Shown piece after piece: positions 26,237 to 35,097 of a stretch of DNA of 64,000 bases (its first letter is position 1; the number at the start of each line of letters is the position of its first letter). This DNA comes from an uncultured Methanosarcinales archaeon. GTDB taxonomy: Archaea; Nanobdellota; Nanobdellia; Woesearchaeales; GW2011-AR9. A model generated the notes under the pieces. That model had not been told where the DNA came from. It was given only the letters and a program-made list of their open reading frames with translations, and made no database searches. Location of the stretch: NCBI GenBank assembly GCA_964434885.1, contig CAYSWQ010000003.1, positions 6,882 to 70,881 of the forward strand, given 5' to 3'. The translations under genes were made by a program, and so were the position numbers.

Positions 26237-26749
26237 TTAAGTGTCTGCAGACAATTCTGTTCTATCTCCTTTTCCTTCTAAGACTAGTTTAAATCTACCT
26301 TTGTTAATAGGTAGGCAAAGATAATCATTAGTCATACTAATCTCATATACTTTAAGGGGAATTTCCGATGCAGGTTTTAAAAATACATTTCGATCTGATT
26401 TGCTCCATCCTCCTCCTTGAGCGGCAGCAGTTTTCCAAGTATCGCAAGCAAAAACACCTAGTTTAGAGAGACAATCTGCAGGTGGTTTTTTACTCAAATC
26501 AATAAAACACACTTGAGAATATTTAGGAGGGAGAGTAAATGTTTTAATTCTAACTGAACCATATTCTGTGTAGATTTTCTTAACATTGGATTCTAGGTCA
26601 GTTTTAAATCTTGTAAATTCAACTTTTTCACCTTTATCTAAAAAATCATTTACTGCCTTGAAACCAAAAATGACAATCAAAGCGAAGGTAATTGCGGCCA
26701 CCATAAAGATAAAGACTTGACCAATAGCCATGGCTTTTTTATTTTTCAT
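26237..26749 (-). CDS. class III signal-peptide (type IV pilin-like) protein
   Basis: MKNKKA|MAIGQVFIFMVAAITFALIVIFG. Confidence 0.8.
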   Translation of the reverse strand: MKNKKAMAIGQVFIFMVAAITFALIVIFGFKAVNDFLDKGEKVEFTRFKTDLESNVKKIYTEYGSVRIKTFTLPPKYSQVCFIDLSKKPPADCLSKLGVFACDTWKTAAAQGGGWSKSDRNVFLKPASEIPLKVYEISMTNDYLCLPINKGRFKLVLEGKGDRTELSADT

Positions 26750-29700
26750 TTTTTCCTCTCATCACTAATTTTTTTTAATTTATCGAAGATGCTTTTGGCT
26801 TCTCCTTTAGAAACTACTTCGTGAACAGGTTTGTCTTGAGTTTTGGTAGCAATGTTTTCTAATTTTGCAAAAACACCTTTTTCTCCGTGTTTTAAACCAG
26901 GCCGAATAGTTTCTTTCTTTTCAACATATTTTTGAGCTAATTGACCCACTCTTTCTTGGTGAGGAATTTCTTTATTTAATAAAGGATTAAGGTGAGGGAT
27001 TGTTTTAGATTCTTGGCTAAATTCTCCAAAAAGCGATTTTCTAACTTGGGTTTTTTCTTTTTTGGCTCTAACTCTTCGTAAACCAAAAATCTTGTGTTTC
27101 CAAGAAGTGATGGTTGGTTTTGGTTTTTGACTAACTGAAGGGGGGGCTGGTCCTCTAAATTTAGCAGGCATTGGTTTTCCTGGACCATGAACAGATTCAT
27201 AATAAAAGACCAAGTAACCACTTCCTCCAAGAACCAAGATAATTCCTAAGGATAAAATTATCCATGCTAACAAACTAGATTTGGAGGTTTTGGTTGTAGT
27301 TTTAGTTGTGGTTGGTTTGGTTGTAGTGGTTGGTTTTTTAGTAATAGTTTTCTTTGGAGCATCAGCATAACAAGGATCATAATATCCAGAATATTCTTCG
27401 TAATTCGAATAATTATCGGTATCATAATCTTCTTTGTCATCTGTTATTCCATCTCCATCAGAATCTTTTTTGAGATAGTCTAAATAACATTTAGTACTTT
27501 GGTCATTATATAATTTTTCCCAAGAATCAGGTAAACCATCTCCATCAGTATCTGCAGAAGATTGGGAAGTTGTGGTTTGTCCAGATGCACATCCAGTTGA
27601 ATCGACATATTTGCCGGCAGTAGTACTGGCACATTTATCACAACTATCTGTAACTCCATCTCCATCAGAATCTTTGAAAGTTATTTTTGTTGTTCTAGTT
27701 TTGTTGTTACCTTTTGGATCAGCAACATAATAACAAATCCATTCAGTTCGTTTTAATGAAATCTTTTGACCATTATAATTAAATGCGGGTTTACAACTAC
27801 CTTCAACAGAACTTTGATAATAATCAAACTTGTCGCAACTTGTTTCGTCAGTACATTTCATCTCTACTTCTACTGCACTACAAGTATCATTAGTTTGAAA
27901 AGAGACAACTGGAGCAGTGACATCTTTATTACATTCAGAATATTTACTATCAACTGCTAAGAAACCATCACTCTCTACTAAAGTTCCAGTGTTTCCGGCT
28001 TTATCAGTTGCTTTTACTTTAATGAAATACTTTCCATTTTTAGTTAATTTGTATTTTATTTTGAAAGGTGAAGTAGCAGCCAAAGAGCCTTTAGAAACTA
28101 TTTTTTTAACAGAGCTATTAGTAACTTCATATAATTCATAATAATAACTAGAGAGGTTTCCTTCATCAGTATAAACATATATCTTTGGAGTATCACTCAA
28201 ACCACAAGAATATTTTTGATCATTGACACTAGTTATTTTTGGTGGGGTTTGATCAACAATAAATTCTATTTTGCCTTCTCTTTTTTCACCCGCAATATTA
28301 CATTTTATTAGATAATAATATTTGCCTTCTGTTAATTTTCCTAAAGAGTGTTGGTGTTTAGTAGAACCAGTAGTTTTGAAAGTAGTGGTATTATATTTAC
28401 AAATTGCTCTCTTGTTAGTTGTTGCTCCTAATTTAACTGCTGTTCCAGAAACATATCCTTTGGGAGAAGTAGAGAGAATATTTCCTTGAACAGAATAATC
28501 TACAGTAAAAGTGATATTTTTTGGTTCAGAAACATTACCTGCTCCATTTTTACATTGAGTAACAAGATTGTATGTTTTTTTAGTCCCACCAAATGAAATT
28601 CTGAACCAAGTGGTGTGTTTGGTATTTAATGTTTTATTATTGACTCCTGGAAAAGGATATATCATGGAGGAATAAGTTGCCTTACCATCATTGTATTTAC
28701 AAATAGTTTTATCGTCGGTCTCAATAAATAAATTAGTGCCTACTCCTTCATTAACAGAAGCTGGTTGAGCATAGGCTTTTTTAATTACTGGTTTGGTGGG
28801 ATCATATTCTAAATTAATTTTCTGAACTGGCCCTAATTTATTACCTAAATCTTTGCACTTAACAAAAATTGTTTTAATTCCTCCTTTTTTGTTGTAGGTA
28901 GAAATAACCTTGCCGGGGAATTTACTTGTTCCATCATTATAATAATAATTTCCTCCAGATTTTGTTTTCTTTAGTTTTTGATGAGAAGGCACTTTTTCAT
29001 AATTAAAAATAGGGTTGAAATCAAAACGACAACTGCTAGTTGGTACTTTGGTGGAAATAACTAAACTGAAATTTGGGTGATAACTAATACCCCATTTTTC
29101 TCCATTATAAGAATAAGGAGTGGGACTGACTAAATTGATTCCAAACCCTTCAATAGATACTTGACCACAATTAGGAGGGGTTTCTTTGTTTCCTCCAGTA
29201 TCTACAGAATAATAACAAACTTGAGTAGATTTATTTAAACTAACTGGTTTAGTGAATTCTTTATATCCGGAAGAAAACTGAGAAGCACAACCAGAACCCA
29301 AACAATAAAAGGTTTTGTTGTAACCAAAACCAGAAACAGAATATTTGAAACTACTAATTTTGGCAGAATCTACAAAAATAGATTTCCAACCTTTAGTAGA
29401 TTGAATTACGGTTCTATTTCCTTCAGTTAAAACTATGTTAGTTTTTGGGCCCGAAATATCAATTTGAAAAATAAAAAAATCTTCTTTAATTTTTTGAGTT
29501 AAAAGATCTTTACAAATGGCTTTGTATGTTCCACTATAATTTCCTGTTTTTAAGGAAAGAGATTTAGTTTTATGTTTTTTATTTGTGGTATCAGCAGTAA
29601 AGTCTGCTACTTTTAAATTTTTGGCGTCGTATAAGCTACAAGTTGCTTTGGTAGCTGTCTTTAATTGGAAATAAGGGGAAGTGGTAGTTATTGGTCCTTT

Positions 29701-32700
29701 TGGATAAATGATATCTATGGCTGGTTCTAAATCAAAAACAAATTGTTTATTTTGAGTATTTTTATTATTGTAATCATCTATACAATTAATAGTTAAGTTG
29801 TAAATTATCCCCGGTAAACTTTTGAAGATGGCTTGTTTATTTTTCTCTTGACGAGTTATTTTTTTGGTTTGTAATGTGCTTTTAGGAAGTAAAGGATCTA
29901 ATTTAAATTCACAACCCATTGGTTCATTGATGCCAGTTAAATAAATTGTTAAATCTGTTTTATCGATTGTAGTAGTATAATTACTTTTGATTTGAAATTG
30001 AGGTTTTTCAGTGTCAATAAAAATAAATTCTTCGCGAACAGTTTCTTGATTAAAATATCTATCTTTAGAATAATATCTGAGGCGATAGGTTTCCCCTTTA
30101 ATGATTTTTCCTTGTAGCGCTTTTACAATATCGGCGGAAGCAATTTCAGTATTTAATTTACCGGGGTATTTTGTCTCTTGGAAAGAAGTACATTTTGGTG
30201 TATTGGATTTAGAATCAGCAAGACAATAACCCAATACCCCTAAGCGGCTTTCATTGTCTGTGCCTTGGAAAGTTAAATTTGTTTGTGATAAAGAAACAAT
30301 TTTTACTTTTCCGGCTGGAAGGATACTTGTAGTTGGAGCCTGATTATCTATTTGACAAAGAGTTGTTTCTCCTGCCGTAAACTGAGAACAATCATCTTTG
30401 CCATCACCATCTCCATCTTTGATGCATCCATGTTCGTCAAACTTTTTTGCTTGACCTTTCCAAACACATTTGCCCCAACCACATTGATCTTTGGAAGAAG
30501 TGATGGTTCCAAGTGAATTTTTTAAAGGTTGATCTCCAACACATTCAGTTTGAGTACTATAAGAATAACAATTGTGAGTTTTGTCTGGTTGAGTACCACA
30601 AGATTTACATTCAGTTAAGTCGTAATAAGAGAAACACCTTCCTAATTGAGAACAAACGGAAGAAGTACAATAATAATTTTCAAAAAGAGAGGAAGAGGCA
30701 CTACAACTTTTACATTGGTCATCTTTTTTATAGTCTTTTTCAACACAATAACCATGGCCAGTTTCTTCCAAGATTGGTAAAGAAAGAATATTTTCAAAAT
30801 TTTTATAGATATTTAACCCCGTGCCAGCTGAAACCCAATTACAAGTAGTACCTAAACAATTATTGATATCACAAGCATCTTTGCTTTGATAATCAAAACA
30901 AGATTTGATGTTAGCACAGCTATCACATTTGTTGACTACGGATTGAGTGTAATCATAATAACAGTAGTTTGTAGGTTCTCCTGATTTAATAGTAGTTGAT
31001 TTAACTCCATAACAAGTTTGACGATTGTAATATAAACCAAAAGGAGTAGCTGCTTGTGGAATCAAACTACATTTTCCAGCATCTTTACATGTGGCAGTAG
31101 TAGAAGTTATTTCAGCACAATAATAAGCACTACCTTTTGTATCTAAAACAGAACAATCTTTAGAAAGGGTTTTTTTATTTTGATTATTACAAGACCACAT
31201 TTTCTTTCTATCTTTTAAATCGTTAGAACAAAAAGTGGCCCATCCTGCTTTTTCTGAATATTGATTCTCACAGATTTGATCTCCCATTGTTACTGAGATT
31301 TTAACAGGGGTAGAAAACCTAGTTTTAACATCAGTATAGACTGCAGTGATTTGATAACTATATTTGCCACCCCATTCTACTTGATCATCTAAATAAGAGA
31401 ACATGGCAGGAGAAGCAGAAAATTGAGCAACTTGTTTGCCATTTTTAAACTTAACAATTTGATAGGCACTAACTTCAGGACAAGGTTTAGTCCATTGTAA
31501 GGAAATTTTCTTAACTCCTTTAATATGATTAGCAGTAAACTTTTCTACACTTTTAGATTGATTTTTTCCACCATAACTACATTGACCAATATATTTAGTA
31601 AGAAGAAGGTCTTGGGTTTTTGTTTCTCCAGATTGTAAATTTATTTTTAATTTCTTTTTCAATTCATAATCCGAATACGTAGCAGAGATTTCTTGCGATC
31701 CAGTAGATAATTCTAATTGGTAATAACCCAAAGGAGAATATTGGGAGTAACTTTTGAATATTCCATTGACAGAAATACTAGCACCATATATTTTTTCATC
31801 TCCAATATTATCTCCATCTTTATCTAACCAAACATAACCTTTAATCCCTTGTAATTTGGTTGTTTCTAAGAGAAAATTTTTCTTGTCGTCTTGTGTTTTG
31901 AGAGTATAACTTTGGTCTTTGGTAGTGTAACCATATTTAGCAAGAGTAAAAATATATTTTTCTTTTGGGACTAGATTTTTAGCAGTGTAAAAACCATTTT
32001 TATCAGATAGAACTGAACCTGATGTAGAGGTGCTTTTCCAAGAAATTAGAACTCTATTAAGTGGTTTGCCATCTTTGTCTTTAACATAACCAGATAGTTG
32101 GGCAGTACCTACTAATTTTTTTAGGGTGAAGTTTAATTCTGTAGTTTGGTTGGTTTTGAGTGTGATTGGTTGATTGATTGTAATATATCCGGATTTTATT
32201 AGTTTGATTAAATGAGTTCCAGGATCATTTTGGAAAGAATAAATTCCAGTTGAAGATGTTGTTTGTGTTTTTCCTTTTAATTCAATTTTAACGCCAGAGA
32301 GAGGGTTTTTGTTTTGGTCGAGTATGGTCCCTTTTAAAGTAACTTGGTTTGTCTTTACTCCACAAGATTGAGAACATTTTGTTGAATCCATTGTGGGGTC
32401 TGTTAGTTTGGTAATCCAAGATTCAAAAGTGGTTAAACCTTCTTTTTTAGCAATATTAAGACAATTCCACTTTGTACCTCCACTTTGTTGATAATAACAA
32501 GTGTTAGAAACTTTACAACACCCAGCAGAACACCAATCATTATAATTTGTTTCAGTTACTTCTTGCCAGCCAGTTTCTTTACCTTTATCTTGTTTTTCAG
32601 CTTCTAACTGACATTCCCCTTGGGTCATGGTTTGACAGTTTACACTACAAGTGATTGATTTACAGGTGGGAATTCCGGAACAATCTTTTCCTGGGTTGAA

Positions 32701-32895
32701 AAAAGAAGTGTATTGTTTAGTTTCTCCAAGGGCTTTGATTTTGTAATCTGCTAGTGCTTTTTCTTCGGTGATTTTCTGACAATAGAGGCTTTTTGAGGAT
32801 TTGGGATAATAATAACATCCATCTAAAGCAAAAGCAGAACTAATTAAAACTAGGAAAATTATAATACTAATTACAGCTACACCTCTTTTTTTCAT
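26746..32895 (-). CDS. 2049-aa Cys-rich cell-surface protein (carboxypeptidase-regulatory-like, FN3/Ig-like and TSP3-like Ca-binding repeats, TM anchor, cytoplasmic tail)
   Basis: Signal peptide; 'GTILDQNKNPLSGVKI' and 'GYVKDKDGKPL' repeats; 'DSDGDGVTD' and 'DTDGDGLPDSWE'; Thr/Lys linker; TM helix 'LLAWIILSLGIILVLGGSGYLVFYY'. Confidence 0.8.
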   Translation of the reverse strand: MKKRGVAVISIIIFLVLISSAFALDGCYYYPKSSKSLYCQKITEEKALADYKIKALGETKQYTSFFNPGKDCSGIPTCKSITCSVNCQTMTQGECQLEAEKQDKGKETGWQEVTETNYNDWCSAGCCKVSNTCYYQQSGGTKWNCLNIAKKEGLTTFESWITKLTDPTMDSTKCSQSCGVKTNQVTLKGTILDQNKNPLSGVKIELKGKTQTTSSTGIYSFQNDPGTHLIKLIKSGYITINQPITLKTNQTTELNFTLKKLVGTAQLSGYVKDKDGKPLNRVLISWKSTSTSGSVLSDKNGFYTAKNLVPKEKYIFTLAKYGYTTKDQSYTLKTQDDKKNFLLETTKLQGIKGYVWLDKDGDNIGDEKIYGASISVNGIFKSYSQYSPLGYYQLELSTGSQEISATYSDYELKKKLKINLQSGETKTQDLLLTKYIGQCSYGGKNQSKSVEKFTANHIKGVKKISLQWTKPCPEVSAYQIVKFKNGKQVAQFSASPAMFSYLDDQVEWGGKYSYQITAVYTDVKTRFSTPVKISVTMGDQICENQYSEKAGWATFCSNDLKDRKKMWSCNNQNKKTLSKDCSVLDTKGSAYYCAEITSTTATCKDAGKCSLIPQAATPFGLYYNRQTCYGVKSTTIKSGEPTNYCYYDYTQSVVNKCDSCANIKSCFDYQSKDACDINNCLGTTCNWVSAGTGLNIYKNFENILSLPILEETGHGYCVEKDYKKDDQCKSCSASSSLFENYYCTSSVCSQLGRCFSYYDLTECKSCGTQPDKTHNCYSYSTQTECVGDQPLKNSLGTITSSKDQCGWGKCVWKGQAKKFDEHGCIKDGDGDGKDDCSQFTAGETTLCQIDNQAPTTSILPAGKVKIVSLSQTNLTFQGTDNESRLGVLGYCLADSKSNTPKCTSFQETKYPGKLNTEIASADIVKALQGKIIKGETYRLRYYSKDRYFNQETVREEFIFIDTEKPQFQIKSNYTTTIDKTDLTIYLTGINEPMGCEFKLDPLLPKSTLQTKKITRQEKNKQAIFKSLPGIIYNLTINCIDDYNNKNTQNKQFVFDLEPAIDIIYPKGPITTTSPYFQLKTATKATCSLYDAKNLKVADFTADTTNKKHKTKSLSLKTGNYSGTYKAICKDLLTQKIKEDFFIFQIDISGPKTNIVLTEGNRTVIQSTKGWKSIFVDSAKISSFKYSVSGFGYNKTFYCLGSGCASQFSSGYKEFTKPVSLNKSTQVCYYSVDTGGNKETPPNCGQVSIEGFGINLVSPTPYSYNGEKWGISYHPNFSLVISTKVPTSSCRFDFNPIFNYEKVPSHQKLKKTKSGGNYYYNDGTSKFPGKVISTYNKKGGIKTIFVKCKDLGNKLGPVQKINLEYDPTKPVIKKAYAQPASVNEGVGTNLFIETDDKTICKYNDGKATYSSMIYPFPGVNNKTLNTKHTTWFRISFGGTKKTYNLVTQCKNGAGNVSEPKNITFTVDYSVQGNILSTSPKGYVSGTAVKLGATTNKRAICKYNTTTFKTTGSTKHQHSLGKLTEGKYYYLIKCNIAGEKREGKIEFIVDQTPPKITSVNDQKYSCGLSDTPKIYVYTDEGNLSSYYYELYEVTNSSVKKIVSKGSLAATSPFKIKYKLTKNGKYFIKVKATDKAGNTGTLVESDGFLAVDSKYSECNKDVTAPVVSFQTNDTCSAVEVEMKCTDETSCDKFDYYQSSVEGSCKPAFNYNGQKISLKRTEWICYYVADPKGNNKTRTTKITFKDSDGDGVTDSCDKCASTTAGKYVDSTGCASGQTTTSQSSADTDGDGLPDSWEKLYNDQSTKCYLDYLKKDSDGDGITDDKEDYDTDNYSNYEEYSGYYDPCYADAPKKTITKKPTTTTKPTTTKTTTKTSKSSLLAWIILSLGIILVLGGSGYLVFYYESVHGPGKPMPAKFRGPAPPSVSQKPKPTITSWKHKIFGLRRVRAKKEKTQVRKSLFGEFSQESKTIPHLNPLLNKEIPHQERVGQLAQKYVEKKETIRPGLKHGEKGVFAKLENIATKTQDKPVHEVVSKGEAKSIFDKLKKISDERKK

Positions 32896-33020
32896 TTTTT
32901 TCGTTTTAAAAGCTTGATTATAACTTCTTCATAACTCTGCCTGGGATGAATTTTTAATTTATTGAGCGCTTTGACTGTCTCTTTGGAAAGTTTGATAGTA
33001 GTGATTTGTTTTTGTTTCAT
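32892..33020 (-). CDS. 42-aa ribbon-helix-helix DNA-binding protein
   Basis: Not in the ORF track. MKQKQITTIKLSKETVKALNKLKIHPRQSYEEVIIKLLKRKK, an archaeal RHH pattern (TTI.LS.ET...L..LK...SY.EVI..L). ATGA overlap with the giant gene. Confidence 0.8.
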   Translation of the reverse strand: MKQKQITTIKLSKETVKALNKLKIHPRQSYEEVIIKLLKRKK

Positions 33021-33042
33021 CTTATTTTAAGCTTATTTCTTA

Positions 33043-33144
33043 TGGTATACCTAAGTATCTTTTTGTATATTTATGTATCTTTTATTATATTTTGGTGTCG
33101 TTTGATATGCTTTATTATAATAAAGTATTCTGTGGTATACCTAA
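33043..33144. promoter_or_regulatory. two identical TGGTATACCTAA sites with a GGTATACC palindrome core, candidate RHH operators
   Basis: Sites at 33043-33054 and 33133-33144, 90 bp apart, upstream of the RHH gene; the distal site lies just downstream of a minus-strand TTTTTAAA box. Confidence 0.6.
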
Positions 33145-33194
33145 AGAATTTAAAAAGGTTTTGGTTGGAGAAAGGACGAGAAAAAATGAAAAAA

Positions 33195-34403
33195 TTACTT
33201 ACGATCAACGATTTCTTTTAAGCGGTGGAAAATGGCTTGGGCTTCTTTTTCACCAATTTTTTTGATTTCTTCGGTTTTTAATTTAGCAATATTTTTTTCA
33301 ACTTCCTGAAAGAAATCTCTCTCTTTTTGGGATTTTTTCCAGTGGGTTTTCTTTAATTCATGGATATGGGCTACTTTTTCTAGTAAATCAACATATGTTT
33401 TTTTGTGGTGGGTTGGTTCACCAAAAATATCAAACAATTCTTTTTTTTTCTTTTCAATGTGATGTTTTCTTTTAATGTGGTGTTCTTCGGGTTTTGAATA
33501 TGAAGGGATCTTAAAAAGTGGTTTTTTAGTAAGGGTTGGTTTTTTTATTTTGGGAATTGGTTGTTTGTTTCTTTGATGAGCTATATATAAGAAGGCAGCA
33601 ATTAGGATTAACACTAATAAGAACCAAAACCACAATCTAGAAGAATTTTTTTTGGGTGTTTGTGTTGAAGTTGATTTAATAGTTGTTTGAGTTTTTGGTT
33701 TTGTTGTGGTTTGTGAAGAAGTTGTTGTTTTTGAAGTAGATGTTAGTTGTGTTATAGTGCTTGCTTGAGAAGATGTTGTTTGGGTAGCTAAACCAGTAGT
33801 TGTTGGTGTTTTTTGAGTTGAAGAAGTAGTTGGTTGTTGAGCAGTTGAAGTTGTTGTTTTTGGTGTTGTGATTGATGAAGTAGGTTTTGCTGTAGTTGAT
33901 GGGTAAGTTGTTGCTTGAGTGGTTGTGCTTTGAGTACATAAAGAACTACAAGCTGTTTTTGTTGTTTTAGAATCAAAATTAAATGTAGTAATACCTTTGT
34001 TTTTAGCAGCGATTTCACAAGACCATTGATTTTTTTGATAAGTACATGATTTTTGATTATTATAAGTGAATTGACAACAACCTGGACTACACCAAGAATA
34101 TTCTTTGCCGCTGGGAATTGGACCACCAAGACATTTACCTTGGTATTGATAATCACAGGTGCTTTTACAATAAATTTCTTGACATTGAGGAAAGTAAATA
34201 GAATTTTCACATTTTTGATTAGAGAAAAAAGATTCTTTAAAATTACAAGTACTATAAGTAGAACATTCATCTTGAGCATCTGTTTTTTCTAAGTCATAAC
34301 AATATAATGCGCTGCTTTTGAAAGTGAAACAACCTTCTTCAGCTAAAATAAAAGGAATTGAGATTAGGAAAAGAATACCAATTATTAAACCTCTTTGATT
34401 CAT
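33195..34403 (-). CDS. Cys-rich surface protein with a Thr-rich stalk, TM helix and basic tail; short paralogue of the 2049-aa protein
   Basis: Signal peptide, a Cys-rich domain alignable with the giant protein's N-terminus, S/T-rich linker and TM helix 'LWFWFLLVLILIAAFLYI'. Confidence 0.75.
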   Translation of the reverse strand: MNQRGLIIGILFLISIPFILAEEGCFTFKSSALYCYDLEKTDAQDECSTYSTCNFKESFFSNQKCENSIYFPQCQEIYCKSTCDYQYQGKCLGGPIPSGKEYSWCSPGCCQFTYNNQKSCTYQKNQWSCEIAAKNKGITTFNFDSKTTKTACSSLCTQSTTTQATTYPSTTAKPTSSITTPKTTTSTAQQPTTSSTQKTPTTTGLATQTTSSQASTITQLTSTSKTTTSSQTTTKPKTQTTIKSTSTQTPKKNSSRLWFWFLLVLILIAAFLYIAHQRNKQPIPKIKKPTLTKKPLFKIPSYSKPEEHHIKRKHHIEKKKKELFDIFGEPTHHKKTYVDLLEKVAHIHELKKTHWKKSQKERDFFQEVEKNIAKLKTEEIKKIGEKEAQAIFHRLKEIVDRK

Positions 34404-34498
34404 ATAACTTATTAATTATTATTTGTTTATAATTATTTTGTTATAGTTTTGTTAAAAAAACAAATAAAATTATAATATATTAGGTAATTATTGTTAAA

Positions 34499-35038
34499 AT
34501 GAAAACAAATTTGGTCTTGATGGAAGAAAGTAAAATTGATTCTTTGGGTTTTGATAGAACTTTGTTTTTGGGGAAGGATTTTGTTTTGGTTGTTGGGGAA
34601 AATAAGAAAGAGTTGTTGAAAAAGATTAGTAAAGCTAAACAACAAGGGTTGAAAGTTGTTGTTAGAGTTAGTTCTGAAGAAATTTTGAGGTTTGTTGTTG
34701 AAAAAACTGCTGTTAATATGATTATTGGTCAAGAAAAAATTAATTTAAAAGATTCTGTTCATTTTCTTCGAGGAGGATTAGATCAAGTTAGTTGTAAAAT
34801 TTGTGCTGAGAAAGGAATTATTGTTGGTTTTAGTTTTGGAGATATTTTAAGTTTGAATGGGGTTGCTAGAAGTAAGTTGTTGGGTCGGATGAAATTTAAT
34901 ATTAAATTATGTAAAAAATATGGTGTTAAATGTTATTTTGGAAGTTTTGCTGATGATTTTTTTGGATTGAGAAGTAGTCATGATTTGCAGAATTTTTGGG
35001 AAGTTTTGGGTGGAATTGGGAATTGTTTAGAGATTTGA
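34499..35038 (+). CDS. rnp3: RNase P protein component 3 (Rpp30-like), short form
   Basis: 'KDSVHFLRGGLDQVSCKICAEKGIIVGFSF...RSKLLGRM..NIKLCKKY...LRS..DL'. Confidence 0.8.
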   Translation: MKTNLVLMEESKIDSLGFDRTLFLGKDFVLVVGENKKELLKKISKAKQQGLKVVVRVSSEEILRFVVEKTAVNMIIGQEKINLKDSVHFLRGGLDQVSCKICAEKGIIVGFSFGDILSLNGVARSKLLGRMKFNIKLCKKYGVKCYFGSFADDFFGLRSSHDLQNFWEVLGGIGNCLEI

Positions 35039-35097
35039 TTTTCTTGTCGAGATGTAGCAATATTTATAAATAAAAAAGAATTGCTTTATAGTTATAT

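Noticed and set aside
16273..26749. Archaellum (flagellin) operon
   Set aside because: No archaellin 'G.GTLIVFIAMVLVAAVAA' N-terminus and no arlH/I/J genes.
33676..34732. Alternative-frame ORFs (87, 163, 79 and 99 aa) over the Thr-rich gene and rnp3
   Set aside because: Shadow ORFs caused by low-complexity, strand-biased codon usage of the real genes.
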